A stretch of DNA of 64,000 nucleotides from Candidatus Woesearchaeota archaeon (GCA_964497265.1 CAZCCK010000004.1:606-64605); one strand, 5' to 3'. Positions 9,437 through 19,506 are shown, counted from the first letter of the stretch. Notes: generated by a model not told the origin, from the sequence alone. Numbers and translations are program-made.

Positions 9437-10488
9437 ACGATTTTATATCTAAGTAAAGCTGCAATGCCTCCAAGCCCATCTAGTTTTTCTCCCGCTTCGT
9501 GATCTGAAGAGATAATGCAGATAAAGCCTTTATGTTGTTCTACTGTCTTCATAATCTTATTGAGTTCTTCATAATTTTCTTCATGCATTTTTTTCCGAAT
9601 AAAACTATCTGTAAGGAGTAAGTTTTGTACTGCTCCACTTGGTGCTGCTTCTAAAACTTCATAAAAGCCGTAAACGCAAGGCTCGTTCTTAGCTATCGCT
9701 TTTAAGAGTTCTTCGACTAAAGCAACTTCTTTGCTTATCCGTTCGTCATGTAAAGCCTGTTTGACTTCGTCTCTTTTCAAAAGTTCGTTGATTCCACTTG
9801 GGCCTGTACTGTGGCAGCTTGCTAAGATGACTTTGGATTTTAATCCTGCCGGAAGTCTTTTGTAAATTTCATCCTTCCAAAACGCGGGACTTCCAATGAT
9901 AATTTTTTCAAGATGCATTCTTTCGGCATAACCCTCTAAGATTTTAATTACTTCTTCATAAAAATCTGAGCGAATGGTTTCTTTATTATACTTTTTTTCA
10001 ACTTCTCCTTTTACTTCGCCTAAGTAATCATACCCATATTTTTTTAAAAGTGCGAAATAAGCTTCTTCCCGTTCTAAGGTGCAGAGTAAGATTTTGCTTC
10101 CTTTTTCTTTGCTTGCTTCTTGGATGTGGCGTACCTCAAAGTCAAGAAAAGTGTCTTTTTGTATTTCCAGGGTGGTGTCTGGTTCAACATTTAAGGTGTG
10201 ATAGCTTCCATGTGGTACGTCCTCTGGTCCTTCGGTGACGGTACCGTTAATCCTAAGACTTTGTTGGTATTTGTCAAATTCTATTTTTTCTGTTTTTAGG
10301 CGGATAATAATTGGTTTTTTGACTGAAGCTGATTTTTCCTCTGTTCCGCCGAGTTTTATTTTTCGATAGCTTCGACCTTTGACAAGGTCATTCTTGTGAA
10401 GAATCTGGCTTAAGTGCCAGAGATCGTCTAAAGTTTCTATTTTGAGTTTTGCATAGCCTTTTTTGAAGTCTGCGGTGAGGATGTGCAT
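9433..10488 (-). CDS. Pelota/Dom34 (mRNA surveillance; eRF1-like)
   Basis: N-terminal ...LKIETLDDLWHLSQILHKNDLVKG..R matches the Pelota N-domain. Size is 351 aa with an eRF1-like C-terminal domain. Confidence 0.7.
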   Translation of the reverse strand: MHILTADFKKGYAKLKIETLDDLWHLSQILHKNDLVKGRSYRKIKLGGTEEKSASVKKPIIIRLKTEKIEFDKYQQSLRINGTVTEGPEDVPHGSYHTLNVEPDTTLEIQKDTFLDFEVRHIQEASKEKGSKILLCTLEREEAYFALLKKYGYDYLGEVKGEVEKKYNKETIRSDFYEEVIKILEGYAERMHLEKIIIGSPAFWKDEIYKRLPAGLKSKVILASCHSTGPSGINELLKRDEVKQALHDERISKEVALVEELLKAIAKNEPCVYGFYEVLEAAPSGAVQNLLLTDSFIRKKMHEENYEELNKIMKTVEQHKGFICIISSDHEAGEKLDGLGGIAALLRYKIV

Positions 10489-10549
10489 ATTTTTAGGTAA
10501 TTCTTTGTGTTCTTAAAGATTGGGCTGTTGCCGAAAAGATTAAATATGA

Positions 10550-11746
10550 ATGTGGTTCTTTGTTCTTATGCGGTTTAAAAAAGGCCAGGTGTCTGAGGGT
10601 AAGTTTGTTGCCTCTCTTATCTTTTTGATTGGTTTTGCTATTGTTTTGTATGTGCTGTTTATTCCTCCTGCTGATCGTCAGCAGTTATTGTCTGGATCTA
10701 ATGATTCCGATTTTGGAATAGGTTCTGGTCGTATCGAATTATTATCTGAATCTCCTGGTTTTATTTCTCCTAATCGCGCGTTTGGAGTAGTTCATCAACT
10801 TCCTTCTGTGAATATTTTTGTGAAAAAAGAGCCTAAGGTTCTTAACCTCGCACAAAGTTTAAATGTCAAGCGAGGTTGGTTTTCTAAGTCTTTTCCTATG
10901 ACGAGTTTTGAGATGACTGATTCTGATTTGAAGAAGGTCACGTTAGTGTTTTCAGTGAGTCAGCCTGAAGGGGAATTAAGAATCCTTTTGAACGGGAATA
11001 CTTTTTTTGCTCAAGAAGTTAGTCCCGGATTAAAAGTGATTGAAATTCCTTTAAATTTGATTCAATCGAGGAATACGTTAGAATTTGAAGTTTCTTCTCC
11101 GGGTATTGCTTTCTGGGCGACGAATCAGTATGTGCTGTCCGATGTTACGTTAAAGGAAGAGTTTGAACGTATTCATGCTGAAGAGTCAAGACAGTTTAGT
11201 GTAACAAGCGAAGAAAAGAGTAATTTGCAATCTGCCCATCTGAGTTATTTCCAATTCTGTAATTTAGCTTTACCTGAGCAAACTGCAGCTTTGAAGATTT
11301 ATCTCAATGACGAATCTGTATTTTCTGGTTTAATTAGATGTATTAGTACGCAGCAGACTATAGACTTAGATAAGTCTAAATTAGTCAGCGGGCTAAACAC
11401 ATTAAGATTTATTTTAGAACAGGGCGATTTTACTTTTAATGAAGTGAAAGTTGAGACTGATTCAAAGCAACTTCAAAATCCAACCTATTTGTTTAGTCTT
11501 TCTAAAGAACAAATGGATGATATTAAAGCTCAAAAGAGAGAATTAGACTTAAGTATGTTCTTGGAAGATACGCAAGTAAATAAGAAAGCCAAGATTTTAG
11601 TGAATAATCATGCATTATTCTTAGATACGGCTTCAAGTTCCTATAAACAGAACATCAAAGATTATGTGAATGAAGGAACGAATCATATTCAGATCATTCC
11701 AAGTAATAGTTTTAATCTTGTAGGTTTGAAAGTTGTTTTAGGTTAA
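10550..11746 (+). CDS. Pilin-like (class III signal peptide) secreted protein
   Basis: N-terminus FKKGQVSEGKFVASLIFLIGFAIVLYVLF. KG then Q at +1 followed by a hydrophobic stretch resembles archaeal type IV pilin signals. Confidence 0.5.
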   Translation: MWFFVLMRFKKGQVSEGKFVASLIFLIGFAIVLYVLFIPPADRQQLLSGSNDSDFGIGSGRIELLSESPGFISPNRAFGVVHQLPSVNIFVKKEPKVLNLAQSLNVKRGWFSKSFPMTSFEMTDSDLKKVTLVFSVSQPEGELRILLNGNTFFAQEVSPGLKVIEIPLNLIQSRNTLEFEVSSPGIAFWATNQYVLSDVTLKEEFERIHAEESRQFSVTSEEKSNLQSAHLSYFQFCNLALPEQTAALKIYLNDESVFSGLIRCISTQQTIDLDKSKLVSGLNTLRFILEQGDFTFNEVKVETDSKQLQNPTYLFSLSKEQMDDIKAQKRELDLSMFLEDTQVNKKAKILVNNHALFLDTASSSYKQNIKDYVNEGTNHIQIIPSNSFNLVGLKVVLG

Positions 11747-11750
11747 TGCG

Positions 11751-13115
11751 ATGAGGAAAGGTAAACGCGGGCAAGCTAGTTCTTCGTCAGGTGGTCCGAT
11801 AAGTCATAGTTTAAGTGTGCTCTTTGAGATTTCTTTTTTCGTTTTAGTTATTGTTGTTATTGTTGTTGCCGGAATTATCGTTTTTCAAAGGTATCAAAGT
11901 GGTCAAGGTGCGACTGCGGTGGCGCATGTTGGGGTAGCAGCTGAAAATACTGGTGCGCAAAAGTACGCAAAGTATCTTCCGTCTGTTCTTGCCGATGCTT
12001 TATTTAACACAAATGAGGTGTATGGTTTTGAGTCGGAGATTGATAAAAGTCAGATTCAAGAGGTGGGTATTAAAGATATTCGGCTTCAACAGTTAGGGAG
12101 GTCTGAATATGATCAGCCTATTGAGGTCTTAGGAAGATTTTTAGCGAGCAGTCCGTTGCAGGATTTATCTTTGACTGTTGATTGTCAGTTGGAAGAAGGA
12201 GAAAAAGTCCCTGCTTCTGTTTCCGCAACGTTCGCGCAGGGAAATGTTGCTACAATTCCTAAGGGAACAAGTGAAGTGATTACTGCTTCTTGTCGTTTTC
12301 CTCAGGGTATTAGCGCTAAAGACAGTACCTTTATTGCAAATCAAGCTCCTTCGTTTTCAAATCCTGTTCCTACAACTCAAGAAGTTCCCTTGCAGATTCC
12401 TGGAAAGGTGAATATGTTTATTCGTTACGAGTTTGCTTCTAAGGCGAGTCATAAGACGTATTTATTGAGTAAAACTACTGCAGCTCAGTTGCAAAGAAGA
12501 GATCCTCCTGTAAGTGCGTTTGATTATTATGGTGTTTCTGATCCTCAACTAAATAGGCAAGAGTGGAAGATTAAGTCTGTTGCTACTCCTGGTCCTTTGA
12601 ATCTGGGTATTGGTACCTATGCCAGTCAGCCTTTTGTGGAGGAGGTTCCGCATCCTTTTGCTGTTTCTTTATCGAATAATCTTGTTGGTTGGAATGGTCA
12701 GCTAAAAAAGTTGGAATCTTTGGACGTACTTGTTCCTCCCTATATGCGTTTAGAGACTGATGCTGATTATGCGGCTACGCAGACAACGAGTACTTGTCCT
12801 TTTGTGTATAGCGGGGAGGGTTCTGAAGGGTTTAGGCAGTATGTTTTGAAAGATGAGGTTTTAGCCAGGGTTAATCAAGAGTGTGATAAAGAAACGTTGC
12901 AGTCTTCAAAGCTCACGCAGTCTGAATGTGAAGATCTTTTTAGTAAAGAGCAGGATAAGTTGTTTGCTTGTAACTTTAAGTATAGTGAACCGTTTAATTC
13001 GTTAAAGTACGATTTTATTCGTGCTGAGACAAAATATCTGTATGAAACCAAAGAAGCTCTTGTTGTTACTGCTTACAGGCCAATTGGAGTGCAATCTTCT
13101 AGTAGGGTAGCATAG
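11751..13115 (+). CDS. Membrane-anchored secreted protein with a KGKRGQ N-terminus and Cys-containing extracellular domain
   Basis: N-terminal basic KRGQ followed after a Ser/Gly stretch by the TM helix FFVLVIVVIVVAGIIVF. No known domain. Confidence 0.45.
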   Translation: MRKGKRGQASSSSGGPISHSLSVLFEISFFVLVIVVIVVAGIIVFQRYQSGQGATAVAHVGVAAENTGAQKYAKYLPSVLADALFNTNEVYGFESEIDKSQIQEVGIKDIRLQQLGRSEYDQPIEVLGRFLASSPLQDLSLTVDCQLEEGEKVPASVSATFAQGNVATIPKGTSEVITASCRFPQGISAKDSTFIANQAPSFSNPVPTTQEVPLQIPGKVNMFIRYEFASKASHKTYLLSKTTAAQLQRRDPPVSAFDYYGVSDPQLNRQEWKIKSVATPGPLNLGIGTYASQPFVEEVPHPFAVSLSNNLVGWNGQLKKLESLDVLVPPYMRLETDADYAATQTTSTCPFVYSGEGSEGFRQYVLKDEVLARVNQECDKETLQSSKLTQSECEDLFSKEQDKLFACNFKYSEPFNSLKYDFIRAETKYLYETKEALVVTAYRPIGVQSSSRVA

Positions 13116-13152
13116 AAACCTTTTTATTTAGTATTCTTCTTTCTTCTTTTTA

Positions 13153-14073
13153 ATGAAAAAGAGTCTTGTTTTTTGTTTAGTCTGTTTATTATTTTTAGCA
13201 GCCTGTCAGTATCTTCCTTTTCAATCGTCAGGAAGTGTTGTTTCTGGTAAAGGGGTTAAAGTGGAGTTTGTCGATTATCCTTCTGGAAAGCTTGGTGAAG
13301 GGGAGCTTTTCTCAGTGAGAACAAGAGTAACAAATTATAATCCTTCTTCGCCAGTTCAGGGTCAACTTTGTATTGCTGATTTTGTTTCTAAACGTTTAGG
13401 GGGAATTCCTGAAAATACGTGTCAAGATTTCATTGTTGAGAAGGCTGAAGTTGTGAATAGTAAGGTGTATGAACAGGCGAAAGAGCAAATTTTCAGTAGT
13501 TATTCGTATCATGATCTTGAGCCAAACGTTCCTTATACAGATAATATTGGTGCTATCTTTACCTATAGTGTCGCGTCTGACCATATTCTTGAAGGGTTAT
13601 GTGTAAAGACTTCTGAAAGTGTAAGAACAAGTGATGTCTCAGCAAGTAAATGTAGTAAGTCCGAATCGTTTTCTTCTGTAAAGCAGCCTGATACTCCGAT
13701 TCGAGTGACGAGTATTACTAAAGACGTGAATTATCTTGGAAATCAACAGGCTAATGTACGTTTAACAATTGATTTAAAGAAAGTAGAGGATGGAGATGTT
13801 GTGTCGTCAGAACTTGCGGATAGTTCTGCAAATCCATTCTCCGCTGTTCCTTTTATTGATTTTGATCTAAATTATGCTGGTGTGCCTTTTGAGTGTCCAG
13901 GTGTGAACGCAGGCAGGTTGCAGTTCGGGCAAGCAGAGAAAGAGATATCTTGTCATGGATTAGTAAATGTTCCTGGAGAGTTTTTGAGTGAACCTTTGGT
14001 TATTCGTTTAGGGTATAGTTTCAGAAAAACGATTCAGACACCTTCGTTTACGGTTTATTCAAATAGGGTCTAG
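13153..14073 (+). CDS. Lipoprotein-like secreted protein; paralog of 14097..15068
   Basis: Signal with a lipobox-like LAAC. Shares the PIRVTSI / PIQVTSI block and Cys spacing with the next gene. Confidence 0.5.
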   Translation: MKKSLVFCLVCLLFLAACQYLPFQSSGSVVSGKGVKVEFVDYPSGKLGEGELFSVRTRVTNYNPSSPVQGQLCIADFVSKRLGGIPENTCQDFIVEKAEVVNSKVYEQAKEQIFSSYSYHDLEPNVPYTDNIGAIFTYSVASDHILEGLCVKTSESVRTSDVSASKCSKSESFSSVKQPDTPIRVTSITKDVNYLGNQQANVRLTIDLKKVEDGDVVSSELADSSANPFSAVPFIDFDLNYAGVPFECPGVNAGRLQFGQAEKEISCHGLVNVPGEFLSEPLVIRLGYSFRKTIQTPSFTVYSNRV

Positions 14074-14096
14074 AAACGAAAAGATTTATTAATGAA

Positions 14097-15068
14097 ATGA
14101 TGCTAAAGCAAGTTGTGGAAAAAAAGATGAAGAAGGTGTATTTGTTTTCATTGTTTTCTATTCTCTTACTCTTAGCCGCATGTAGTTCTTCTAAACCTGC
14201 TGCTACAAAGGCGGGTTTTATTGGTGGAAAGGAAGGTCTTTCTCCTTCGTTGAATGTCTTATCTGGAAAAGCGAATGAAGTGTTAGATGCTAATCTTGAG
14301 GATTTTCAGATAGCTGTTAATTTGCAGAATAAAGGGGAGTATGCAGTTCAGCAAGATGAAGTGTTGGGTACCGTGACGGGTGTAGATTATAATTCGTTTT
14401 CTTTGACAACTCCTTCTTTAAGAAATGTTGAGCCTTTAGAGAAAGTAAGGTCTGATCAAAGTAAATCTGTTGCTGGCGGTCAGACTGTTTTATCTTTTCC
14501 TGCTAAGTTTAGAGATGATCTTCCTGTGGATCAAGTATATGATCTTGGTGTGAATGTATGTTATAAGTATCAAACTGGTGCTACTTCGAGTCTCTGTTTA
14601 AGAAGAGAAGCTACTAAGAGAGGAGAATCCTCTGATAAGTGTAGTGTGAATAATAATCCTGTTATTGGTTCTTCTGGTGCTCCGATTCAAGTAACGTCTA
14701 TTTCTCAAAGACCTACGGGCGCGAATGAGATTTCTTTTACGATTGCTATTGAGAACGTGGGTAAGGGAGATGTATATCCTCCTACGTTCATTCAGACAAA
14801 TCAGCAGTGTTTAGAGAAGAATGATGTGAAAAATAAATTCCAGATCGCGCTTTCTTTCCCTGAGAATAAGCCTGCGATTTCTTGTCCTGCTTTGGCAAAT
14901 GCAAATCAAGGAATGTTGCAGTTAATTCAAGGAAAAGCGACTTTAACCTGTAAGATCGATACGTCTCAAGAGCAGGATACGACTTTCTCAAGAAGTCCGA
15001 ATATTCAGTTAGATTATGTGTATAAGGATCTTGTTTCAACAAAAATCACCGTAAGGAATGCTGCTTAA
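14097..15068 (+). CDS. Lipoprotein-like secreted protein; paralog of 13153..14073
   Basis: Signal LLLAACSSS. Conserved blocks are shared with the previous ORF. Confidence 0.5.
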   Translation: MMLKQVVEKKMKKVYLFSLFSILLLLAACSSSKPAATKAGFIGGKEGLSPSLNVLSGKANEVLDANLEDFQIAVNLQNKGEYAVQQDEVLGTVTGVDYNSFSLTTPSLRNVEPLEKVRSDQSKSVAGGQTVLSFPAKFRDDLPVDQVYDLGVNVCYKYQTGATSSLCLRREATKRGESSDKCSVNNNPVIGSSGAPIQVTSISQRPTGANEISFTIAIENVGKGDVYPPTFIQTNQQCLEKNDVKNKFQIALSFPENKPAISCPALANANQGMLQLIQGKATLTCKIDTSQEQDTTFSRSPNIQLDYVYKDLVSTKITVRNAA

Positions 15069-15070
15069 TA

Positions 15071-15760
15071 ATGGCGCTTTTGCATGACGAACTAAAAAGT
15101 AAGTTTTCTGTCTGTGAGAAATCTGCTTATCGCGCCTGGGATGCAGTAAGTTTAATTCTTAATCGGAAAAATAAGTTAGAAGAAGCGAAATCAGCTATCT
15201 GGCAGTTGGAAAAAGAGTTCAAAGAGGTTGGCATTATTCTTAGTGAAAAGAGAAGTGCTTTAAGTGAGTACGATCGTTTGTTAACAAACGCTGTTGAAAA
15301 TTTAAAGAAGTATCAAGAATCTAAAAAGAAGAGTTATTTAGAAGAGGCAGGAGTTGTTATGAAATTAATTGGGCGTCTTTGGGGAAAGGAGTGGGGTTTT
15401 GGAAGATCCTATGATGAAAAGCTTTCTTCTTTGCTTAGTGGGATGAGCTCAAGTTCTTATGCAGGTCAGATCTATCGATTAGAATCAACTCTTCTAAAGG
15501 GGTGGAGGTATATCTTGGAGGCTATGGATGCACTGCGCTTAGAAGAGGAAGGTACAGCGTTGGTCGCCATTAATAATTCTGAAAAGATTTTAAAAACAGC
15601 TTATCTCCAGTTAGGAGATGTAGAAAAGACGTTCAAAAGTTTTTATAATGAGATTCTAGAAGCTGAAGAATTGGTGAGCGGTCCGCTTATAGGCGGTAAG
15701 TTTAAAAAAGCGACATTTATTTTAAAGGATTTTTATGATTATTCAAGAAAGTTACGATAA
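15071..15760 (+). CDS. Hypothetical cytoplasmic helical protein in the surface-protein operon
   Basis: ORF only. The gap to the previous gene is 2 nt. Confidence 0.4.
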   Translation: MALLHDELKSKFSVCEKSAYRAWDAVSLILNRKNKLEEAKSAIWQLEKEFKEVGIILSEKRSALSEYDRLLTNAVENLKKYQESKKKSYLEEAGVVMKLIGRLWGKEWGFGRSYDEKLSSLLSGMSSSSYAGQIYRLESTLLKGWRYILEAMDALRLEEEGTALVAINNSEKILKTAYLQLGDVEKTFKSFYNEILEAEELVSGPLIGGKFKKATFILKDFYDYSRKLR

Positions 15761-15799
15761 GTAAGGAAGGTTTATATAAGAAGAATCTTATTCTATAAG

Positions 15800-16477
15800 G
15801 TGGAGGATAAGCAAGCGTTTGCAGAATATTTAAAAGACAGTAAAGGCTTATTTTTTGAGACATCTTTTTTTAAAACGTTTAACAAGTATATCGGTGCGTG
15901 TTTAAGTGATTCTGCTACTATTTTAGAAGAGTTGAAAGAAAAAAATCCCCAGGTCAGATTACTTGATCTTAATCTAATAAAACTTATTTCTACGTTAAGA
16001 GGAGCGCGAGGGTTTGCTTTAGAAAAACAAAGTTTTCTTAATGAATATGAAAGTAATCTTAATGAAGTGTTGAAGGGAAAATTGGCTAAACTTAGTTCTG
16101 CGGACAATTATCTAGATGGGTTGTTCGGGTTTTCAGAACTTAAGGGATTTACGAAAGAAAAAAGAATTAATCCTCTTTATTCAAGACTTTTTGGGTATGG
16201 GTTTCTTTGCCAGTCTTGTACGAAGAATGCATTAGTGGCTATTAGTTCGAAGCAAGAGAGTAGTATAAGGTATTATCTTACAATGCAATTGAGTGAGCAA
16301 GGGTTAGGCGGTCTTAAAAGGGAGATGCAAAAGATTGTTGATGCAATGCAAATGTATGAAACACAAGCAAAGCAGGTAATTCATTTGGTAAAAGAGAATA
16401 AACTTGTTGATGCTAAGAAGAGTGTGGAAGGGTTGAGGTTGACTTTTGCTTCTCAATGGATTGAACGTCCAATTTAG
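15800..16477 (+). CDS. Hypothetical protein
   Basis: ORF only. Confidence 0.4.
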   Translation: MEDKQAFAEYLKDSKGLFFETSFFKTFNKYIGACLSDSATILEELKEKNPQVRLLDLNLIKLISTLRGARGFALEKQSFLNEYESNLNEVLKGKLAKLSSADNYLDGLFGFSELKGFTKEKRINPLYSRLFGYGFLCQSCTKNALVAISSKQESSIRYYLTMQLSEQGLGGLKREMQKIVDAMQMYETQAKQVIHLVKENKLVDAKKSVEGLRLTFASQWIERPI

Positions 16478-16512
16478 GTAAGTCTTATATAATTTTAATT
16501 CTTTTTAAAAAG

Positions 16513-17751
16513 ATGAGGTTTATAGGAGATTTTCATATTCATGGAAGATTTGCAGGTGCTTGCTCTAAAGATATTACCTTAGACAAGTTAGAGGAGTATG
16601 CAAGAATAAAAGGAATTAATGTTTTGGGTGTTGGAGATTTTACTCATCCTCAATGGTCAAAGGAAATCAAAGAAACGTTGAATGAAGATGAGAATGGGAT
16701 TCTCTGGAGTAAAAGTAATTTTCCTTTTATTTGGCAGACTGAAATTTCTATTGTGTATAGCCAAGGTGGAAAAGGAAGAAGATTGCATCATTTAGTGCTT
16801 GCTCCGAATGGAGGGGTTGCAGATCAGATTACAGAGTGGTTAAAGAAGAAAGGAAGAGTAGATTATGATGGAAGGCCTATTTTTGGAATGAGCAGTATCC
16901 AATTTGTTGATGAATTAATGTGCATTTCAAAAGAGATTGAAGTTATTCCTGCACATTGTATGACTCCTTGGTTTGGACTTTATGGTAGTAAATCTGGTTT
17001 TGATTCTTTGAAAGAATGTTTTGAGGAGAAGGAGAAATATATTCATGCTGTTGAAACGGGAATTAGTGCAGATCCAAAAATGTTAGCCCAATTTTCTCAT
17101 TTGAAGGAAAAAAGATTTGTTTCTTTTTCAGATAATCATTCTTACTGGCCTTGGCGGTTAGGACGAGAAGCAACGTTTTTTGATTTGAAAGAATTGTCTT
17201 ATGCAAATATACTCAAAGCGATTCGTACAGGAATAGGATTCGGGGGTACAATCGAGTGTCCTCCTTCTTTTGGCAAATATCACTTTTCAGGACATCGGTT
17301 GTGTAATGTTTCTTTTAATCCTGAAGAAACCAGGAAGTTGAAGGGTATTTGTCCTGTTTGCAAGAAAGAACTAACAATTGGGGTAGAGGACAGGGTAGAA
17401 GAGCTTGCAGATACAAAAGCTACTAATATTCAAAGTTTTATAGAAGTGATTCCTTTAACTGAGTTGATAACTTTTCTGTATAAGATTAAACAGCCCGGTT
17501 CTAAGAAGGTCTGGGGGGTTTATAACTCTTTAATTAAGAATTTTGAAAGTGAATATAAGGTGCTTTTAGAAGTTTCTTATGGAGATTTAATGAAGGTTGT
17601 TGATGAAAAATTAGCTAAGCTAATCTTATTAAACCGACAAGGGAAGTTAGAGCTCAAGCCAGGGTATGATGGGGTGTACGGTGAAATTGTTTTAGAGGCA
17701 GAGCAGATGCAGCCTCAAAAAAAGAAACAAAAGAGTTTAATTGATTTTTAG
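16513..17751 (+). CDS. PHP-domain nuclease, endonuclease Q-like (PHP fold plus a C-terminal zinc ribbon)
   Basis: N-terminal GDFHIHGRFAGACSKD (PHP HxH). C-terminal CNVS...CPVCKKE zinc ribbon. About 410 aa, as in archaeal EndoQ. Confidence 0.45.
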   Translation: MRFIGDFHIHGRFAGACSKDITLDKLEEYARIKGINVLGVGDFTHPQWSKEIKETLNEDENGILWSKSNFPFIWQTEISIVYSQGGKGRRLHHLVLAPNGGVADQITEWLKKKGRVDYDGRPIFGMSSIQFVDELMCISKEIEVIPAHCMTPWFGLYGSKSGFDSLKECFEEKEKYIHAVETGISADPKMLAQFSHLKEKRFVSFSDNHSYWPWRLGREATFFDLKELSYANILKAIRTGIGFGGTIECPPSFGKYHFSGHRLCNVSFNPEETRKLKGICPVCKKELTIGVEDRVEELADTKATNIQSFIEVIPLTELITFLYKIKQPGSKKVWGVYNSLIKNFESEYKVLLEVSYGDLMKVVDEKLAKLILLNRQGKLELKPGYDGVYGEIVLEAEQMQPQKKKQKSLIDF

Positions 17752-17904
17752 ATGTTCTTTATACTTTAATCTGTATTTAGAATATTTATCTTCAGGATTC
17801 CATTTTGCGGGTTTTACGCTTACTGCTTCTCCTCCGCATAAACAAGGTGCATGGAGGGTGTATTTTTCACATTTTAGACATTTCAAAATGTGTTTAGGCG
17901 CCAC
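17737..17904 (-). CDS. nop10: H/ACA RNP protein Nop10 (not in the ORF track; GTG start overlapping the aIF2-alpha stop, alternative TTG at 17886)
   Basis: Hand translation gives VAPKHILKCLKCEKYTLHAPCLCGGEAVSVKPAKWNPEDKYSKYRLKYKEHLKIN. It has a zinc ribbon plus the PxKFSPEDKYxxYR signature. It lies immediately downstream of aIF2-alpha, as in most archaea. Confidence 0.6.
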   Translation of the reverse strand: MAPKHILKCLKCEKYTLHAPCLCGGEAVSVKPAKWNPEDKYSKYRLKYKEHLKIN

Positions 17905-18673
17905 TTTTTGCAAAGTCTCCGACTAGTCCAAGCTTTTTGCTTTGTTCTAACGCTTTGTCAATAATTGCTTTTAGAAGCGTTTCTGCGGTTTTGTAATCTT
18001 TAGAAACGATTTCAACTTTGTATTTTGGAGCTCCAAGGTATTGGACTTTGACGCCTTCTTTTTCTATTTCGCTTAAGACTTTTTTTAGGGATTTTATTCC
18101 GTCTTCTGCATAAGTTTGAAGATTAAGAATGCCGCTTATTTTGACTTCTGTTGGTTTTATTTTGTCAATTGCGATTTTATAGAGTGCGTCTTTGTAATTT
18201 TTCGGAATGTCTAGTTCTTCTACAACGGTTTTTCCTTTTGCAACCATTGTCTGGAAGAAAGTAGAAAGGTTTTCGTGTTTTTGAAGTGCTTTAAGCGCGA
18301 CTTGGGTGTACATTGTTTTAAGATCTGTTTTGAATTCTCTTCCGACTGTTTCTAGAAGTTTCTCTGCTTTTTCTTCTTGTTTGATTTCATTTAATTTTTC
18401 AATCATTGCAGAAGTAGAGACTCTTCTTAAGGAAAGGTCAATGTTTCCGGTTTGTCTGTTAATATCTAAGACTTTACAGACGATTCTTTTTCCTTCTTTA
18501 ACATAGTCTCTTAGATTTCTGATTCTTCCTGCAGCTATTTCTGAAATGTGGACCATTCCGTCTTTGCTTTCATAGTCGTCGATACTGACAAAGACAGAGT
18601 GATAAAGAATTTTCTTAACAGTGCAAATAACGACTTCTCCTACTTCAGGTATTCCTTTTTTCTTGTAAAACAT
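17894..18673 (-). CDS. eif2a: Translation initiation factor aIF2 alpha subunit
   Basis: S1 domain: PEVGEVVICTVKKILYHSVFV...DGMVHISEIAAGRIRNLRDYVKEGKRIVCKV. Confidence 0.85.
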   Translation of the reverse strand: MFYKKKGIPEVGEVVICTVKKILYHSVFVSIDDYESKDGMVHISEIAAGRIRNLRDYVKEGKRIVCKVLDINRQTGNIDLSLRRVSTSAMIEKLNEIKQEEKAEKLLETVGREFKTDLKTMYTQVALKALQKHENLSTFFQTMVAKGKTVVEELDIPKNYKDALYKIAIDKIKPTEVKISGILNLQTYAEDGIKSLKKVLSEIEKEGVKVQYLGAPKYKVEIVSKDYKTAETLLKAIIDKALEQSKKLGLVGDFAKSGA

Positions 18674-18760
18674 ATTCTAAGGGTAAGTAGAAGGTTTATA
18701 AGGATTGCGAGAGCTAATAAAATAAATCTTTAAATATTTTGCGTATCCTCTAATCTTAGA

Positions 18761-19333
18761 ATGGACGATCCTCAATCTACTTTTTTACTGCCCAGGGATT
18801 TTAGGCAACCCGCTTCTTCTTTTTTAAGAAGATTTTGTCCTTCTTGGAAGGGAGATGTATCGATTGATGCGCAATTGGTTGCTCGTGAAGAATTATATCA
18901 GCAAGGAAAAGTCAATCGAGGAATAAGGATGGCGTATTTAGGTGCTAGGGGGGTTAGGGAAGAACAAGCAGAAGATGTGCCTTATGAAAAGTTGGAAGAG
19001 AGGGCGATGTTAGAGACCGGCACGCTTTTGAAAGAAAGGAGGGATATTCCTAGAGAATTATTTCTATCTCTTTTTCCTTCTTCTTTGATTTTATTAGATG
19101 CGGGTTTTGAGCCTGTAAAGAAAATTTACAACTCAAATGATTTTAAGCAAGGATGGAGTATTGCAGCGAATGCGCTTGATTTTGGGTATGGGGGAGAAGT
19201 TAGCTTATGGAAAAGAGGGGGTTCGGTAGTAAGTCTATCTACTTATTCAAGAAAAATTTCGATCTCTTCAGGAACAGAGAAAGATGTAGACAATTTTAAC
19301 GAAGTTTGTACTCGTTACAACTTAATTAGTTAG
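18761..19333 (+). CDS. Hypothetical protein inserted, in opposite orientation, inside the conserved L44e-S27e-aIF2a-Nop10 cluster
   Basis: 190-aa ORF with no recognisable motif. Confidence 0.35.
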   Translation: MDDPQSTFLLPRDFRQPASSFLRRFCPSWKGDVSIDAQLVAREELYQQGKVNRGIRMAYLGARGVREEQAEDVPYEKLEERAMLETGTLLKERRDIPRELFLSLFPSSLILLDAGFEPVKKIYNSNDFKQGWSIAANALDFGYGGEVSLWKRGGSVVSLSTYSRKISISSGTEKDVDNFNEVCTRYNLIS

Positions 19334-19506
19334 TCGTAGCTTTCTAGAATTTGTGCTTTAATCGAAGCTTTTCCGCCTGTTGGTTGAGCTAAAATTTCGT
19401 TGCAGACTAAGCAGTGTATTTCGCTTGCTGTTTTTTCGAAAATGACTTGTTCGTTTTTACATTTTTCGCATTTGATTTTTACAAATTTGCTTATTGTTGG
19501 TTTCAT
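19330..19506 (-). CDS. rps27e: 30S ribosomal protein S27e (not in the ORF track)
   Basis: Hand translation gives MKPTISKFVKIKCEKCKNEQVIFEKTASEIHCLVCNEILAQPTGGKASIKAQILESYD, with the C4 zinc ribbon CxxC...CxxC. The start ATG overlaps the L44e stop (ATGA). Confidence 0.75.
   Translation of the reverse strand: MKPTISKFVKIKCEKCKNEQVIFEKTASEIHCLVCNEILAQPTGGKASIKAQILESYD

Noticed and set aside
17741-17926. 61-aa plus-strand ORF
   Set aside because: It is antisense to the Nop10 gene and the aIF2alpha 3' end. Nop10 has strong family signatures, so this ORF is rejected.
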